Source: Escherichia coli (GTDB lineage Bacteria > Pseudomonadota > Gammaproteobacteria > Enterobacterales > Enterobacteriaceae). Taken from it: a stretch of DNA of 64,000 nucleotides. The number at the start of each line of letters is the position of its first letter. Within the stretch, counting starts at the first letter, position 1. Where the stretch lies: assembly GCF_050320075.1 (NCBI RefSeq), contig NZ_CP190018.1. The stretch is one strand, 5' to 3'. Below are positions 1 through 14,257 of the stretch, piece by piece. The notes under the pieces are model-generated. The model was not told where the DNA came from. It ran no database searches and saw only the letters and a program-made list of their open reading frames with translations. A program made the position numbers and the translations under genes.

Positions 1-104
1 GTGGGGGAATAATCAAAAACGATGCACACCGGGGTTACCGGGTACACATATTTCATCATGCCAGCGAGTCCGGTTCTGGCACGGAAGAAACCGGACGTTA
101 TGAT

Positions 105-515
105 TTAGTGCGGAAATATTTGTGTAGTGTTCTGAATGTTCTCAGTAAAGAGTAATGAATTATCAAAGGTATAGTAATACCTTTTGTTTTCGTGGATATT
201 TGTAATCCATCTGAAAACCCCTGCTGTAGCAAGATTTTTCCTGTATTCGTAAAATGATAACTCTCCTGATTTGAATCCTTTTAAGGTGGCTTCTATAAGG
301 CATTTATTTTTTGAAAATCTTACATTTACAACCTTACCCTGTCCTTTTATTAAAACCGTATTATCGTTTTCAAGAACAAGATGAATATTCTCTGTGGCTA
401 AATAGTAAATGTAATGTGAGACATTGTGACGTTTTAGTTCAGAATAAAACCAGTGATAGTTTAAATTATTTCGCACTTTATCGAATATTTGTTTAAAAAT
501 GGCAATCTGAGCCAT
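105..515 (-). CDS. DUF1398-family lambdoid late-region protein (YbcV-like)
   Basis: 141-aa ORF (likely start at internal Met, MAQIAIFK...); sequence recalls YbcV-type proteins found between lysis genes and cos in lambdoid prophages; identification from memory, not searched. Confidence 0.5.
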   Translation of the reverse strand: MAQIAIFKQIFDKVRNNLNYHWFYSELKRHNVSHYIYYLATENIHLVLENDNTVLIKGQGKVVNVRFSKNKCLIEATLKGFKSGELSFYEYRKNLATAGVFRWITNIHENKRYYYTFDNSLLFTENIQNTTQIFPH

Positions 516-572
516 TGTAGTACCTTCCATGTGATATGAGGGGGCGTAGTCTGCACGATTATCTAAATTGCT

Positions 573-806
573 TCAATCTGGTCTGACCTGTTTTCTGAGC
601 AATTCAGTAATGTCACTCTTTTCTTTGTTTGCTTCAGGCGAAACTCTTTTTTCTGAGCACAGTCTCCGGCGGCAGGCTTCAATGACCCAGGCTGAGAAAT
701 TCCCGGACCCTTTTTGAACAAGAGCGATGTTAATTTGTTCAATCATTTGGTTAGGAAAGCGGATGTTGCGGGTTGTTGTTCTGCGGGTTCTGTTCTTCGT
801 TGACAT
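573..806 (-). CDS. small lambdoid prophage protein (YlcI/DUF3950-like), basic N-terminus
   Basis: 77-aa ORF, Arg/Thr-rich N-terminus then conserved-looking core; position upstream of cos as in DLP12-type prophages; family assignment recalled, uncertain. Confidence 0.4.
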   Translation of the reverse strand: MSTKNRTRRTTTRNIRFPNQMIEQINIALVQKGSGNFSAWVIEACRRRLCSEKRVSPEANKEKSDITELLRKQVRPD

Positions 807-974
807 GAGGTTGCCCTGTATTCAGTGTCGCTGATTTGTATTGTCTGAAGTTGTTTTTACGTTAGGTTGATGCAGATCAATTAATACGATACCTGCGTCA
901 TAATTGATTATTTGACGTGGTTTGATGGCCTCCACGCACGTTGTGATATGTAGATGATAATCATTATCGCTTTA

Positions 975-1180
975 CGGGTCCTTTCCGGTGATCCGACAGG
1001 TTACGGGGCGGCGACCTCGCGGGTTTTCGCTATTTATGAAAATTTTCTGGGGAAAATCATGTCGGTACTTCTCGAACATAACTATTTGTTTTTTCTAATA
1101 TCGAATCCGTAAAAGGTCCGACATGAAAACGCCTAAAAAAGTCATTTTCGGGCACTTTCATGTCGGCCCCTGTATTTATT
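975..1180. other. cos: phage cos site (cosQ-cosN-cosB); 12-nt cohesive end GGGCGGCGACCT at 1005-1016
   Basis: Sequence ...ccgacaggttacg|gggcggcgacctcgcgggttttcgctatttatgaaaattttc... matches the lambda genome ends as I recall them; lies immediately upstream of Nu1. Confidence 0.85.
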
Positions 1181-1193
1181 GTGAGACTGTTTC

Positions 1194-1713
1194 ATGAAGG
1201 TTAATAAAAAGAAACTTGCCGAAATTTTCAACGTGGATCCGCGAACGATTGAACGCTGGCAGTCTCAGGGACTCCCTTGCGTCTCCGGAGGTGGTAAGGG
1301 CGTTGAATCTGTATTTGATACCGCCATGGCAATTCAGTGGTATGCGCAGAGGGAAGCTGATATCGAAAATGAAAAACTCCGTAAAGAGGTTGAGGATTAC
1401 AGGGCTGCCAGTGAGGCAGATCTCCAGCCTGGGACTATTGAGTACGAACGCCATCGACTTACGCGTGCGCAGGCCGACGCACAGGAGCTGAAGAATGCCA
1501 GAGACTCCGCAGAGGTGGTGGAAACCGCATTCTGTACTTTCGTGCTGTCACGGATCGCAGGTGAAATTGCCAGTATTCTTGACGGGATCCCTCTCTCGGT
1601 ACAGCGGCGTTTTCCGGAACTGGAAAACCGACATGTTGATTTCCTGAAACGGGATATCATCAAAGCCATGAACAAAGCAGCCGCGCTGGATGAACTGATA
1701 CCGGGGTTGCTGA

Positions 1714-1739
<26 letters not shown>
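1194..1739 (+). CDS. nu1: terminase small subunit Nu1
   Basis: 181 aa; near-identical over its length to lambda Nu1 as recalled (MxVNKKxLAxIF...EYIEQS); follows cos. Confidence 0.95.
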
Positions 1740-5420
<3,681 letters not shown>

Positions 5421-5440
<20 letters not shown>

Positions 5441-6740
5441 TCTCCCGCATATTGCCAGCATGGCTTTTAATGAGCCGCTGATGCTTGAACCCGCCTATGC
5501 GCGGGTTTTCTTTTGTGCGCTTGCAGGCCAGCTTGGGATCAGCCGCCTGACGGATGCAGTATCCGGCGACAGCCTGACTGCCGGAGAGGCACCCGCGGCG
5601 CTGGCGTTATCCGGTGATGATGACGGACCACGACAGGCCCGCAGTTATCAGGTCATGAACGGCATCGCCGTGCTGCCGGTGTCCGGTACGCTGGTCAGCC
5701 GGACGCGGGCGCTGCAGCCGTATTCGGGAATGACCGGTTACAACGGCATTATCGCCCGTCTGCAACAGGCTGCCAGCGATCCGATGGTGGACGGCATTCT
5801 GCTGGATATGGACACACCGGGCGGGATGGTGGCGGGAGCATTTGACTGTGCTGACATCATCGCCCGTGTGCGAGACATAAAACCGGTATGGGCGCTGGCC
5901 AACGACATGAACTGCAGTGCAGGTCAGCTGCTTGCCAGCGCCGCCTCCCGGCGTCTGGTCACGCAGACCGCCCGGACAGGCTCCATCGGCGTCATGATGG
6001 CTCACAGTAATTACGGTGCTGCGCTGGAGAAACAGGGCGTGGAAATCACGCTGATTTACAGCGGCAGCCATAAGGTGGATGGCAACCCCTACAGCCATCT
6101 ACCGGATGATGTCCGGGAAACACTGCAGTCCCGGATGGATGCAACCCGCCGGATGTTTGCACAGAAGGTGTCGGCATATACCGGCCTGTCCGTGCAGGCT
6201 GTGCTGGATACCGAGGCTGCAGTGTACAGCGGTCAGGAGGCCATTGATGCCGGACTGGCTGATGAACTTGTGAACAGTACCGATGCGATCACCGTCATGC
6301 GTGATGCACTGGATGCACGTAAATCCCGTCTCTCAGGAGGGCGAATGACCAAAGAGACTCAATCAACAACTGTTTCAGCCACTGCTTCGCAGGCTGACGT
6401 TACTGGCGTGGTGCAAGCGACGGAGGGCGAGAACGCCAGCGCTGCGCAGCCGGACGTGAACGCGCAGATCACCGCAGCGGTTGCGGCAGAAAACAGTCGC
6501 ATTATGGGGATCCTCAACTGTGAGGAGGCTCACGGACGCGAAGAACAGGCATGCGTGCTGGCCGAAACCCCTGGTATGACCGTGGAAACGGCCCGCCGTA
6601 TTCTGGCCGCAGCACCACAGAGTGCACAGACGCGCAGTGACACTGCGCTGGATCGTCTGATGCAGGGGGCACCGGCACCGCTGGCTGCAGGTAACCCGGC
6701 ATCTGATGCCGTTAACGATTTGCTGAACACACCAGTGTAA
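5421..6740 (+). CDS. C: head maturation protease/scaffold C (Nu3 expected from an in-frame internal start)
   Basis: Track ORF 5286..6740 is an upstream in-frame extension; GTG at 5421 preceded by GAGGAGAAGA gives the 439-aa lambda gpC-like product (VTAELRNLPHIASMAFNEP...). Confidence 0.85.
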
Positions 6741-6749
6741 GGGATGTTT

Positions 6750-7082
6750 ATGACGAGCAAAGAAACCTTTACCCATTACCAGCCGCTGGGCAACAGTGAC
6801 CCGGCTCATACCGCAACCGCGCCCGGCGGATTGAGTGCGAAAGCGCCTGCAATGACCCCGCTGATGCTGGACACCTCCACCCGTAAGCTGGTTGCGTGGG
6901 ATGGCACCACCGACGGTGCTGCCGTTGGCATTCTTGCAGTTGCTGCTGACCAGACCAGCACCACACTGACGTTCTACAAGTCCGGCACGTTCCGTTATGA
7001 GGATGTGCTCTGGCCGGAGGCTGCCAGCGACGAGACGAAAAAACGGACCGCGTTTGCCGGAACGGCAATCAGCATCGTTTAA
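6750..7082 (+). CDS. D: head decoration protein D
   Basis: 110 aa from second Met ([15 protein letters not shown]...), lambda gpD-like. Confidence 0.9.
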   Translation: MTSKETFTHYQPLGNSDPAHTATAPGGLSAKAPAMTPLMLDTSTRKLVAWDGTTDGAAVGILAVAADQTSTTLTFYKSGTFRYEDVLWPEAASDETKKRTAFAGTAISIV

Positions 7083-7102
7083 CTTTACCCTTCATCACTA
7101 AA

Positions 7103-7124
7103 GGCCGCCTGTGCGGCTTTTTTT
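7103..7124 (+). terminator. hairpin plus T-run after D
   Basis: gccgc-ctgt-gcggc followed by ttttttt. Confidence 0.4.
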
Positions 7125-7191
7125 ACGGGATTTTTTTTATGTCGATGTACACAACCGCCCAGCTGCTGGCGGCAAATGAGCAGAAATTTAA

Positions 7192-7199
7192 GTTTGATC
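7192..7199. repeat. target-site duplication GTTTGATC (left copy)
   Basis: Identical 8-mer directly flanks both ends of the IS. Confidence 0.85.
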
Positions 7200-7229
7200 G
7201 TAAGCGACTCGTCAGAACCGTATTGATAT

Positions 7230-8801
7230 TTACTGAGAGCTCAGATCAACTTTCCAGGGCAACAGATCGCGTACCCGGTTTGCCGGCCAGTCCTGGATAT
7301 GTTCAATGACGTAACGCAGCCACTTTTCTGGCTCCACATTGTTCAGACGGCATGTGCCGATCAGCGAGTACAACACCGCCGCATGTTCACCACCGCTGTC
7401 GGAACCCGCGAACATCCAGTTTTTCCGGCCTACGGCCACTCCCCGTAAGGCGTTCTCTGCGATGTTGTTGTCGATTTCCACCCAGCCATTACTGCAGTAC
7501 ACGTTCAGTGCATCCCACTGTTTCAGCAGGTATGCGAACGCTTTTGCCGTATCTGAGTGACGCGACAGTGTTTTCATCTGTTGCTGTATCCAGTCATACA
7601 GTGACTGCATCAGTGGCGCGGCTCTGGCTTTTCTTGCCGCCAGACGCTGTTCTGCTGAACAGCCCCGGACCTCTGCCTCGATGGCATACAGTTCACCGAT
7701 ACGCTGCAGGGCTTCCGTGGTGATGTAGGTGGGCGCTCTTGCATGCACATCGTGGATTTTTCTCCGGGCATGAGCCATACACGCGGCTTCCGTTATTCTG
7801 CCGGATTCGTATAACGCCCGGTAACCACCGTAAGCATCGGCCTGAAGCACACCGCTGTAACCGGCCAGGTGATTTTGTGGATGGATACCTTTCCGGTCCG
7901 GACTGTACGCGAACCAGACCGCCGGGGGCATCTGTGAACCGGCGTTACGGTCATCACGGACGTAGACCCACAGCCGGGCTGTCCGGGTTTTACCGCTGCC
8001 CGGCTCCTGGACCGGGACGGGGATATCATCAGCATGGACTTTACCGGGCATCAGCACATACTGGCGCAGGACGTCATACAGCGGCTCCAGCAGTTCAGCA
8101 ACAGCACCTGTCCAGCGCCCCAGTGTGGCACGGCTCAGCTCCACTCCCTGACGACGGTATATTTCTGACTGGCGGTATAACGGCAGATGGTCTGCATATT
8201 TCCCGGTGACAACATGGGCCAGAAGCCCCGCTCCGGCATAACTGCGTGCAATGGGTTTTGAAGGTACTGGTGCCTGCACGATATGGTCGCACCGGCAACA
8301 GGCCTGTTTCGGACGTTGTGTTTCGATAACCTTAAAGGCGCTGCTGATAAGCTCCAGTTGCTCTGACACATCACATCCCAGAGAACTGAGTTCACCACCA
8401 CAGGCAGGACAGCATTCCTCTTCCGGCCGGATAACCCGGGTTTCACGGGGAAGTGAGGCCGGTAACGGTTTACGGGCTGAAGACTGGCGCAGGGCGGATG
8501 GCAGTACCGGGTCATATTGCTCACCCAGCGTTTCCGCCATTTCTTCCTGAAGTGCGCTGATTCGCTCCTGTGCTTCCTGTATCTGCCGTTCGGTTTTTGC
8601 ACGAAGTTTTTCTGAGCTTTTACCGAACTGCATACGTTGCAGTTTCGCAACCAGCGCCTTCAGCCGGTTGATTTCGGAAGCATAAGCCGCCACCCGCTGT
8701 GAGAGCAGGCGGTTGTATTCAGCCATCTGGCGGATGGTGTCCTGTTGCGTCTGCAACAGTGCCCGCAGGCGGGCGTTCTCATGAGCAAGTGAGGTGTCCA
8801 T
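7230..8801 (-). CDS. tnpC: IS66-family transposase (Orf3/TnpC)
   Basis: 523 aa; N-terminal coiled-coil/leucine-zipper region, CxxC...C zinc-finger-like motifs and IS66 transposase-like core. Confidence 0.85.
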   Translation of the reverse strand: MDTSLAHENARLRALLQTQQDTIRQMAEYNRLLSQRVAAYASEINRLKALVAKLQRMQFGKSSEKLRAKTERQIQEAQERISALQEEMAETLGEQYDPVLPSALRQSSARKPLPASLPRETRVIRPEEECCPACGGELSSLGCDVSEQLELISSAFKVIETQRPKQACCRCDHIVQAPVPSKPIARSYAGAGLLAHVVTGKYADHLPLYRQSEIYRRQGVELSRATLGRWTGAVAELLEPLYDVLRQYVLMPGKVHADDIPVPVQEPGSGKTRTARLWVYVRDDRNAGSQMPPAVWFAYSPDRKGIHPQNHLAGYSGVLQADAYGGYRALYESGRITEAACMAHARRKIHDVHARAPTYITTEALQRIGELYAIEAEVRGCSAEQRLAARKARAAPLMQSLYDWIQQQMKTLSRHSDTAKAFAYLLKQWDALNVYCSNGWVEIDNNIAENALRGVAVGRKNWMFAGSDSGGEHAAVLYSLIGTCRLNNVEPEKWLRYVIEHIQDWPANRVRDLLPWKVDLSSQ

Positions 8802-8820
8802 ATCCTCACTTTACAACGGG

Positions 8821-9168
8821 TTATATGCGGATTCCAGCGCGTTCCGTTCGTTTCGGGTGCTTCCAGTTGATACCTTCAAGAAGCATGGATAACTGAGCCG
8901 GAGTAAGGTGCACCTTGCCGTCACGGGTGACTGGCCAGACGAAGCGGCCCCGCTCCAGGCGTTTGGTGAAGAGGCACAGTCCGTCACTGTCAGCCCACAA
9001 CACTTTTATCTGGTCACCCCGGCGTCCGCGGAAGATGAACAGGTGTCCGGAGAACGGGTCATCCTTCAGGACGTTCTGAACTTTTGATGCCAGGCCGTTA
9101 AAGCCATTTCGCATATCGGTGATACCTGCAACCAGCCAGATACGCGAACCTGCAGGGAGAGATATCAT
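8821..9168 (-). CDS. tnpB: IS66 Orf2 (TnpB) accessory protein
   Basis: 115 aa, typical IS66 orf2 sequence (…FIFRGRRGDQIKVLWADSDGLCLFTKRLE…); ATGA overlap with upstream orf. Confidence 0.8.
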   Translation of the reverse strand: MISLPAGSRIWLVAGITDMRNGFNGLASKVQNVLKDDPFSGHLFIFRGRRGDQIKVLWADSDGLCLFTKRLERGRFVWPVTRDGKVHLTPAQLSMLLEGINWKHPKRTERAGIRI

Positions 9169-9845
9169 CAGTGGCTGCTCCCTTTTATTTCGCGGATAAG
9201 TGTCTGTAATAACGCCGGCGTCAGTTTACCTTTAAGCCTGAGAGTTCCGGCCGGCAGAACCAGCTCACAACACAGACTGTCGGACGGTGTATTTATCTGC
9301 TCTGGTTCCTGTGCGGGGGCCGGGATTTTATTATCCGGCTCCGGCGTTAACGTCACGGGAAGCAGTGCCGGCATATTTTTTCCGGAAGGCAGCAGGCCAC
9401 CTTTCCGGTATTGATGGCGCCAGTTGAAGAGCAGGTTATCGTTGATTCCGTTTTCCCGGGCGATCTGCGCCACACAGGCTCCGGGCTGCAGTGACTGCTC
9501 CACTAAGGCGATTTTAAACTCATAAGGGAAGTTGGGCCGCCGGGGACGTTTTTTTACCACGGGGGCTTCGGATATAACGGTGCTTTCAGGACGTACGACT
9601 GGTACCGTGGAAAATTGTCCGTAAAGGCAGGCATCAAGTTCCTGCTCCGACATGCCTGCGGGCAAAGGCCACGAAAGGCCAGCTCTCCGAAAGCGCACGA
9701 ACATACTACAAACTGTTGATTTTGGTACACCCAGGCGACGCCCGGCCACAACCCGGGGTAAATGTTCTTCAAAGTGAAGACGTAAAGCTTCAGTGATCCA
9801 GGTCCGGTGTTTCATACGATAGTGTCCATTAAAAATGATGGACAT
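9168..9845 (-). CDS. tnpA: IS66 Orf1 (TnpA) accessory protein
   Basis: First ORF inside the element, 53 bp from the IS end, same strand as orf2/orf3; true start may be an internal Met. Confidence 0.65.
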   Translation of the reverse strand: MSIIFNGHYRMKHRTWITEALRLHFEEHLPRVVAGRRLGVPKSTVCSMFVRFRRAGLSWPLPAGMSEQELDACLYGQFSTVPVVRPESTVISEAPVVKKRPRRPNFPYEFKIALVEQSLQPGACVAQIARENGINDNLLFNWRHQYRKGGLLPSGKNMPALLPVTLTPEPDNKIPAPAQEPEQINTPSDSLCCELVLPAGTLRLKGKLTPALLQTLIREIKGSSH

Positions 9846-9898
9846 TATTTTTGTAGAGCCGGAGGAAACAGACCAGACGGTTTAAATGAGCCGGTTAC

Positions 9899-9906
9899 GT
9901 TTGATC
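9899..9906. repeat. target-site duplication GTTTGATC (right copy)
   Basis: Identical to 7192-7199. Confidence 0.85.
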
Positions 9907-10912
9907 CGCTGTTTCTGCGTCTCTTTTTCCGTGAGAGCTATCCCTTCACCACGGAGAAAGTCTATCTCTCACAAATTCCGGGACTGGTAAACATAGCGCT
10001 GTACGTTTCGCCGATTGTTTCCGGTGAGGTTATCCGTTCCCGTGGCGGCTCCACCTCTGAATTTACGCCGGGATATGTCAAGCCGAAGCATGAAGTGAAT
10101 CCGCAGATGACCCTGCGTCGCCTGCCGGATGAAGATCCGCAGAATCTGGCGGACCCGGCTTACCGCCGCCGTCGCATCATCCTGCAGAACATGCGTGACG
10201 AAGAGCTGGCCATTGCTCAGGTCGAAGAGATGCAGGCAGTTTCTGCCGTGCTCAAGGGCAAATACACCATGACCGGTGAAGCCTTCGATCCGGTTGAGGT
10301 GGATATGGGCCGCAGTGAGGCGAATAACATCACGCAGTCCGGCGGCACGGAGTGGAGCAAGCGTGACAAGTCCACGTATGACCCGACCGACGATATCGAA
10401 GCCTACGCGCTGAACGCCAGCGGAGTGGTGAATATCATCGTGTTTGATCCGAAAGGCTGGGCGCTGTTCCGTTCCTTCAAAGCCGTCAGGGAGAAGCTGG
10501 ATACTCGTCGCGGCTCTCATTCCGAGCTGGAGACAGCGGTGAAAGACCTGGGCAAAGCGGTGTCCTACAAGGGGATGTATGGCGATGTGGCCATCGTCGT
10601 GTATTCCGGACAGTACGTGGAAAACGGCGTCAAAAAGAACTTCCTGCCGGACAACACGATGGTGCTGGGGAACACTCAGGCACGCGGTCTGCGCACCTAT
10701 GGCTGCATTCAGGATGCGGACGCACAGCGCGAAGGCATTAACTCCTCTGCCCGTTACCCGAAAAACTGGGTGACCACCGGCGATCCGGCGCGTGAGTTCA
10801 CCATGATTCAGTCAGCACCGCTGATGCTGCTGGCTGACCCTGATGAGTTCGTGTCCGTACAACTGGCGTAATCGTGGCCCTTCGGGGCCATTTTCTCTCT
10901 GTGGAGGAGTCC

Positions 10913-11308
10913 ATGACGAAAGATGAACTGATTGTCCGTCTCCGGTCGCTGGGTGAGCAACTGAACCGTGATGTCAGCCTGACGGGGACGAAAGAAGAAC
11001 TGGCGCTCCGTGTGGCAGAGCTGGAAGAGGAGCTTGATGACACGGATGACGCTGCCGGTCAGGATACCCCTCTCAGACCGGAAAATGCGCTGACCGGACA
11101 TGAAAATGAGGTGGTATCAGAGCAGCCGGATACCATGATTGATACGGCTGCTCTGGTCACGGTCGTGGCACTGGTGACGCTGCATACTGATGCACTTCAC
11201 GCCACGCGGGATGAACCTGTGGCATTTGTGCTGCCGGGAACGGCGTTTCGTGTCTCTGTCGGTGTGGCAGCTGAAATGACAGAGCGCGGCCTGGCCAGAA
11301 TGCAATAA
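10913..11308 (+). CDS. FI: DNA-packaging/head assembly protein FI
   Basis: Starts MTKDELIVRLRSLGEQLNRDVSLTGTKEELALRVAELEEELDD...; lambda gpFI-like; track ORF starts 39 nt earlier. Confidence 0.85.
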   Translation: MTKDELIVRLRSLGEQLNRDVSLTGTKEELALRVAELEEELDDTDDAAGQDTPLRPENALTGHENEVVSEQPDTMIDTAALVTVVALVTLHTDALHATRDEPVAFVLPGTAFRVSVGVAAEMTERGLARMQ

Positions 11309-11319
11309 CGGGAGGCGCT

Positions 11320-11673
11320 GTGGCTGATTTCGATAACCTGTTCGATGCTGCCATTGCCCGCGCCGATGAAACGATACGCGGGTACATGGGAACGTCAGCC
11401 ACCATGACATCCGGTGAGCAGTCCGGCGCAGTAATACGTGGTGTTTTTGATGACCCTGAAAATATCAGCTATGCCGGACAGGGCGTACGCGTTGAAGGCT
11501 CCAGCCCGTCCCTGTTTGTCCGGACTGATGATGTGCGGCAGCTGCGGCGTGGAGACACGCTGATCATCGGTGAGGAAAACTTCTGGGTAGATCGGGTTAC
11601 GCCGGATGATGGCGGAAGCTGTCATCTCTGGCTTGGGCGGGGCGTACCGCCTGCCGTTAACCGTCGCCGCTGA
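11320..11673 (+). CDS. FII: head-tail connector FII
   Basis: 117 aa, lambda gpFII-like. Confidence 0.9.
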   Translation: MADFDNLFDAAIARADETIRGYMGTSATMTSGEQSGAVIRGVFDDPENISYAGQGVRVEGSSPSLFVRTDDVRQLRRGDTLIIGEENFWVDRVTPDDGGSCHLWLGRGVPPAVNRRR

Positions 11674-11684
11674 AAGGGGGATGT

Positions 11685-12263
11685 ATGGCCATAAAAGGTC
11701 TTGAGCAGGCCGTTGAAAACCTCAGCCGTATCAGCAAAACGGCGGTGCCCGGTGCCGCCGCAATGGCCATTAACCGCGTTGCTTCATCCGCGATATCGCA
11801 GTCTGCGTCACAGGTTGCCCGTGAGACAAAGGTACGCCGGAAACTGGTAAAGGAAAGGGCCAGGCTGAAAAGGGCCACGGTCAAAAATCCGCAGGCCAGA
11901 ATCAGGGTTAACCGGGGGGATTTGCCCGTAATCAGGCTGGGTAATGCGCGGGTTGTCCTGTCCCGCCGCAGGCGTCGTAAAAAGGGGCAGCGTTCATCCC
12001 TGAAAGGTGGCGGCAGCGTGCTTGTGGTGGGAAACCGTCGTATTCCCGGCGCGTTTATTCAGCAACTGAAAAATGGCCGGTGGCATGTCATGCAGCGTGT
12101 GGCCGGGAAAAACCGTTACCCCATTGATGTGGTGAAAATCCCGATGGCGGTGCCGCTGACCACGGCGTTTAAACAGAATATTGAGCGGATACGGCGTGAG
12201 CGTCTTCCGAAAGAGCTGGGCTATGCGCTGCAGCATCAACTGAGAATGGTAATAAAGCGATGA
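11685..12263 (+). CDS. Z: tail completion protein Z
   Basis: 192 aa, lambda gpZ length/position. Confidence 0.9.
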   Translation: MAIKGLEQAVENLSRISKTAVPGAAAMAINRVASSAISQSASQVARETKVRRKLVKERARLKRATVKNPQARIRVNRGDLPVIRLGNARVVLSRRRRRKKGQRSSLKGGGSVLVVGNRRIPGAFIQQLKNGRWHVMQRVAGKNRYPIDVVKIPMAVPLTTAFKQNIERIRRERLPKELGYALQHQLRMVIKR

Positions 12264-12655
12264 AACATACTGAACTCCGTGCAGCCGTACTGGATGCACT
12301 GGAGAAGCATGACACCGGGGCGACGCTTTTTGATGGTCGCCCCGCTGTTTTTGATGAGGCGGATTTTCCGGCAGTTGCCGTTTATCTCACCGGCGCTGAA
12401 TACACGGGCGAAGAGCTGGACAGCGATACCTGGCAGGCGGAGCTGCATATCGAAGTTTTCCTGCCTGCTCAGGTGCCGGATTCAGAGCTGGATGCGTGGA
12501 TGGAGTCCCGGATTTATCCGGTGATGAGCGATATCCCGGCACTGTCAGATTTGATCACCAGTATGGTGGCCAGTGGCTATGACTACCGGCGCGACGATGA
12601 TGCGGGCCTGTGGAGTTCAGCCGATCTGACTTATGTCATTACCTATGAAATGTGA
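12260..12655 (+). CDS. U: tail terminator protein U
   Basis: 131 aa, lambda gpU length/position. Confidence 0.9.
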   Translation: MKHTELRAAVLDALEKHDTGATLFDGRPAVFDEADFPAVAVYLTGAEYTGEELDSDTWQAELHIEVFLPAQVPDSELDAWMESRIYPVMSDIPALSDLITSMVASGYDYRRDDDAGLWSSADLTYVITYEM

Positions 12656-12662
12656 GGACGAT

Positions 12663-13403
12663 ATGCCAACACCAAATCCTCTGGCACCGGTGAAAGGGGC
12701 CGGGACCACACTGTGGGTTTATAAGGGGAACGGTGACCCTTATGCGAACCCGCTTTCAGACGTTGACTGGTCGCGTCTGGCAAAAGTTAAAGACCTGACA
12801 CCCGGCGAACTGACCGCTGAGTCCTATGACGACAGCTATCTCGATGATGAAGATGCGGACTGGACTGCGACCGGGCAGGGGCAGAAATCCGCCGGAGATA
12901 CCAGCTTCACGCTGGCGTGGATGCCCGGAGAGCAGGGGCAGCAGGCGCTGCTGGCGTGGTTTAATGAAGGTGATACCCGTGCCTATAAAATCCGCTTCCC
13001 GAACGGCACGGTCGATGTGTTCCGCGGCTGGGTCAGCAGTATCGGTAAGGCGGTGACGGCGAAGGAAGTGATCACCCGCACGGTGAAAGTCACCAATGTG
13101 GGACGTCCGTCGATGGCAGAAGATCGCAGCACGGTAACAGCGGTAACCGGTATGACCGTGACGCCAGCCAGCGCTTCCGTAGTGAAAGGGAAGAGCACCA
13201 CGCTGAGCGTGGCATTCCAGCCGGAAGGCGCAACCGACAAGAGCTTCCGTGCGGTGTCAGCGGATAAAACAAAAGCCACCGTGTCGGTCAGTGGTATGAC
13301 CATCACCGTGAATGGCGTTGCTGCAGGCAAGGTCAACATTCCGGTTGTATCCGGTAATGGTGAGTTTGCTGCGGTTGCAGAAATCACCGTCACCGCCAGT
13401 TAA
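12663..13403 (+). CDS. V: major tail tube protein V (with C-terminal Ig-like domain)
   Basis: 246 aa from internal Met ([22 protein letters not shown]...), lambda gpV-like. Confidence 0.95.
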   Translation: MPTPNPLAPVKGAGTTLWVYKGNGDPYANPLSDVDWSRLAKVKDLTPGELTAESYDDSYLDDEDADWTATGQGQKSAGDTSFTLAWMPGEQGQQALLAWFNEGDTRAYKIRFPNGTVDVFRGWVSSIGKAVTAKEVITRTVKVTNVGRPSMAEDRSTVTAVTGMTVTPASASVVKGKSTTLSVAFQPEGATDKSFRAVSADKTKATVSVSGMTITVNGVAAGKVNIPVVSGNGEFAAVAEITVTAS

Positions 13404-13418
13404 TCCGGAGAATCAGAG

Positions 13419-13841
13419 ATGTTCCTGAAAACCGAATCATTTGAACATAACGGTGTGACCGTCACGCTTTCTGAACTGTCAGCCCTGCAGCGTATTGAGC
13501 ATCTCGCCCTGATGAAACGGCAGGCAGAACAGGCGGAGTCAGACAGCAACCGGAAGTTTACTGTGGAAGACGCCATCAGAACCGGCGCGTTTCTGGTGGC
13601 GATGTCCCTGTGGCATAACCATCCGCAGAAGACAAAGCAGCCTTCCATGAATGAAGCCGTTAAACAGATTGAGCAGGAAGTGCTTACCACCTGGCCCACA
13701 GAGGCAATTTCTCATGCTGAAAACGTGGTGTACCGGCTGTCTGGTATGTATGAGTTTGTGGTGAATAATGCCCCTGAACAGGAAGAGGACGCCGGGCCCG
13801 CAGAGCCTGTTTCTGCGGGAAAGTGTTCGACGGTGAGCTGA
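13419..13841 (+). CDS. G: tail assembly chaperone G
   Basis: 140 aa, lambda gpG-like. Confidence 0.9.
   Translation: MFLKTESFEHNGVTVTLSELSALQRIEHLALMKRQAEQAESDSNRKFTVEDAIRTGAFLVAMSLWHNHPQKTKQPSMNEAVKQIEQEVLTTWPTEAISHAENVVYRLSGMYEFVVNNAPEQEEDAGPAEPVSAGKCSTVS
13817..13823 (+). other. -1 programmed frameshift slippery heptamer G GGA AAG (G to G-T)
   Basis: Heptamer in the G frame (codons GGA AAG) 18 nt before the G stop; T frame open from 13823. Confidence 0.8.
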
Positions 13842-14257
13842 GTTTTGCCCTGAAACTGGCGCGTGAGATGGGGCGACCCGACTGGCGTGCCATGCTTGCC
13901 GGGATGTCATCCACGGAGTATGCCGACTGGCACCGCTTTTACAGTACCCATTATTTTCATGATGTTCTGCTGGATATGCACTTTTCCGGGCTGACGTACA
14001 CCGTGCTCAGCCTGTTTTTCAGCGATCCGGATATGCATCCGCTGGATTTCAGTCTGCTGAACCGGCGCGAGGCTGACGAAGAGCCTGAAGATGATGTGCT
14101 GATGCAGAAAGCGGCAGGGCTTGCCGGAGGTGTCCGCTTTGGCCCGGACGGGAATGAAGTTATCCCCGCTTCCCCGGATGTGGCGGACATGACGGAGGAT
14201 GACGTAATGCTGATGACAGTATCAGAAGGGATCGCAGGAGGAGTCCGGTATGGCTGA
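13823..14257 (+). CDS. T: tail assembly protein T portion (expected to be made as G-T fusion by -1 frameshift)
   Basis: 144-codon open frame overlapping G 3' end, lambda gpT-like. Confidence 0.85.
   Translation: MFDGELSFALKLAREMGRPDWRAMLAGMSSTEYADWHRFYSTHYFHDVLLDMHFSGLTYTVLSLFFSDPDMHPLDFSLLNRREADEEPEDDVLMQKAAGLAGGVRFGPDGNEVIPASPDVADMTEDDVMLMTVSEGIAGGVRYG

Larger units (their letters stand above)
7200..9898 (-). mobile_element. IS66-family insertion sequence (2699 bp) with imperfect terminal inverted repeats
   Basis: Ends GTAAGCGACTCGTCAGAACCGT / GTAACCGGCTCATTTAAACCGT (17/26 match when compared inward); carries the three-ORF IS66 set; flanked by 8-bp direct repeats. Confidence 0.85.
7139..10871 (+). 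pseudogene. E: major capsid protein E, interrupted by IS66-family insertion after codon 20
   Basis: 7139..7199 encodes MSMYTTAQLLAANEQKFKFD; reading resumes at 9907 (PLFLRLFFRESYPF...SVQLA); joining the two parts after removing the IS and one TSD copy gives an intact 341-aa lambda gpE-like frame. Confidence 0.9.

Noticed and set aside
9807-10871. Track ORF of 354 aa that looks like an N-terminally extended capsid protein
   Set aside because: The first 33 codons lie inside the IS66 right end; it is an IS-E read-through artefact, not a functional start of E.
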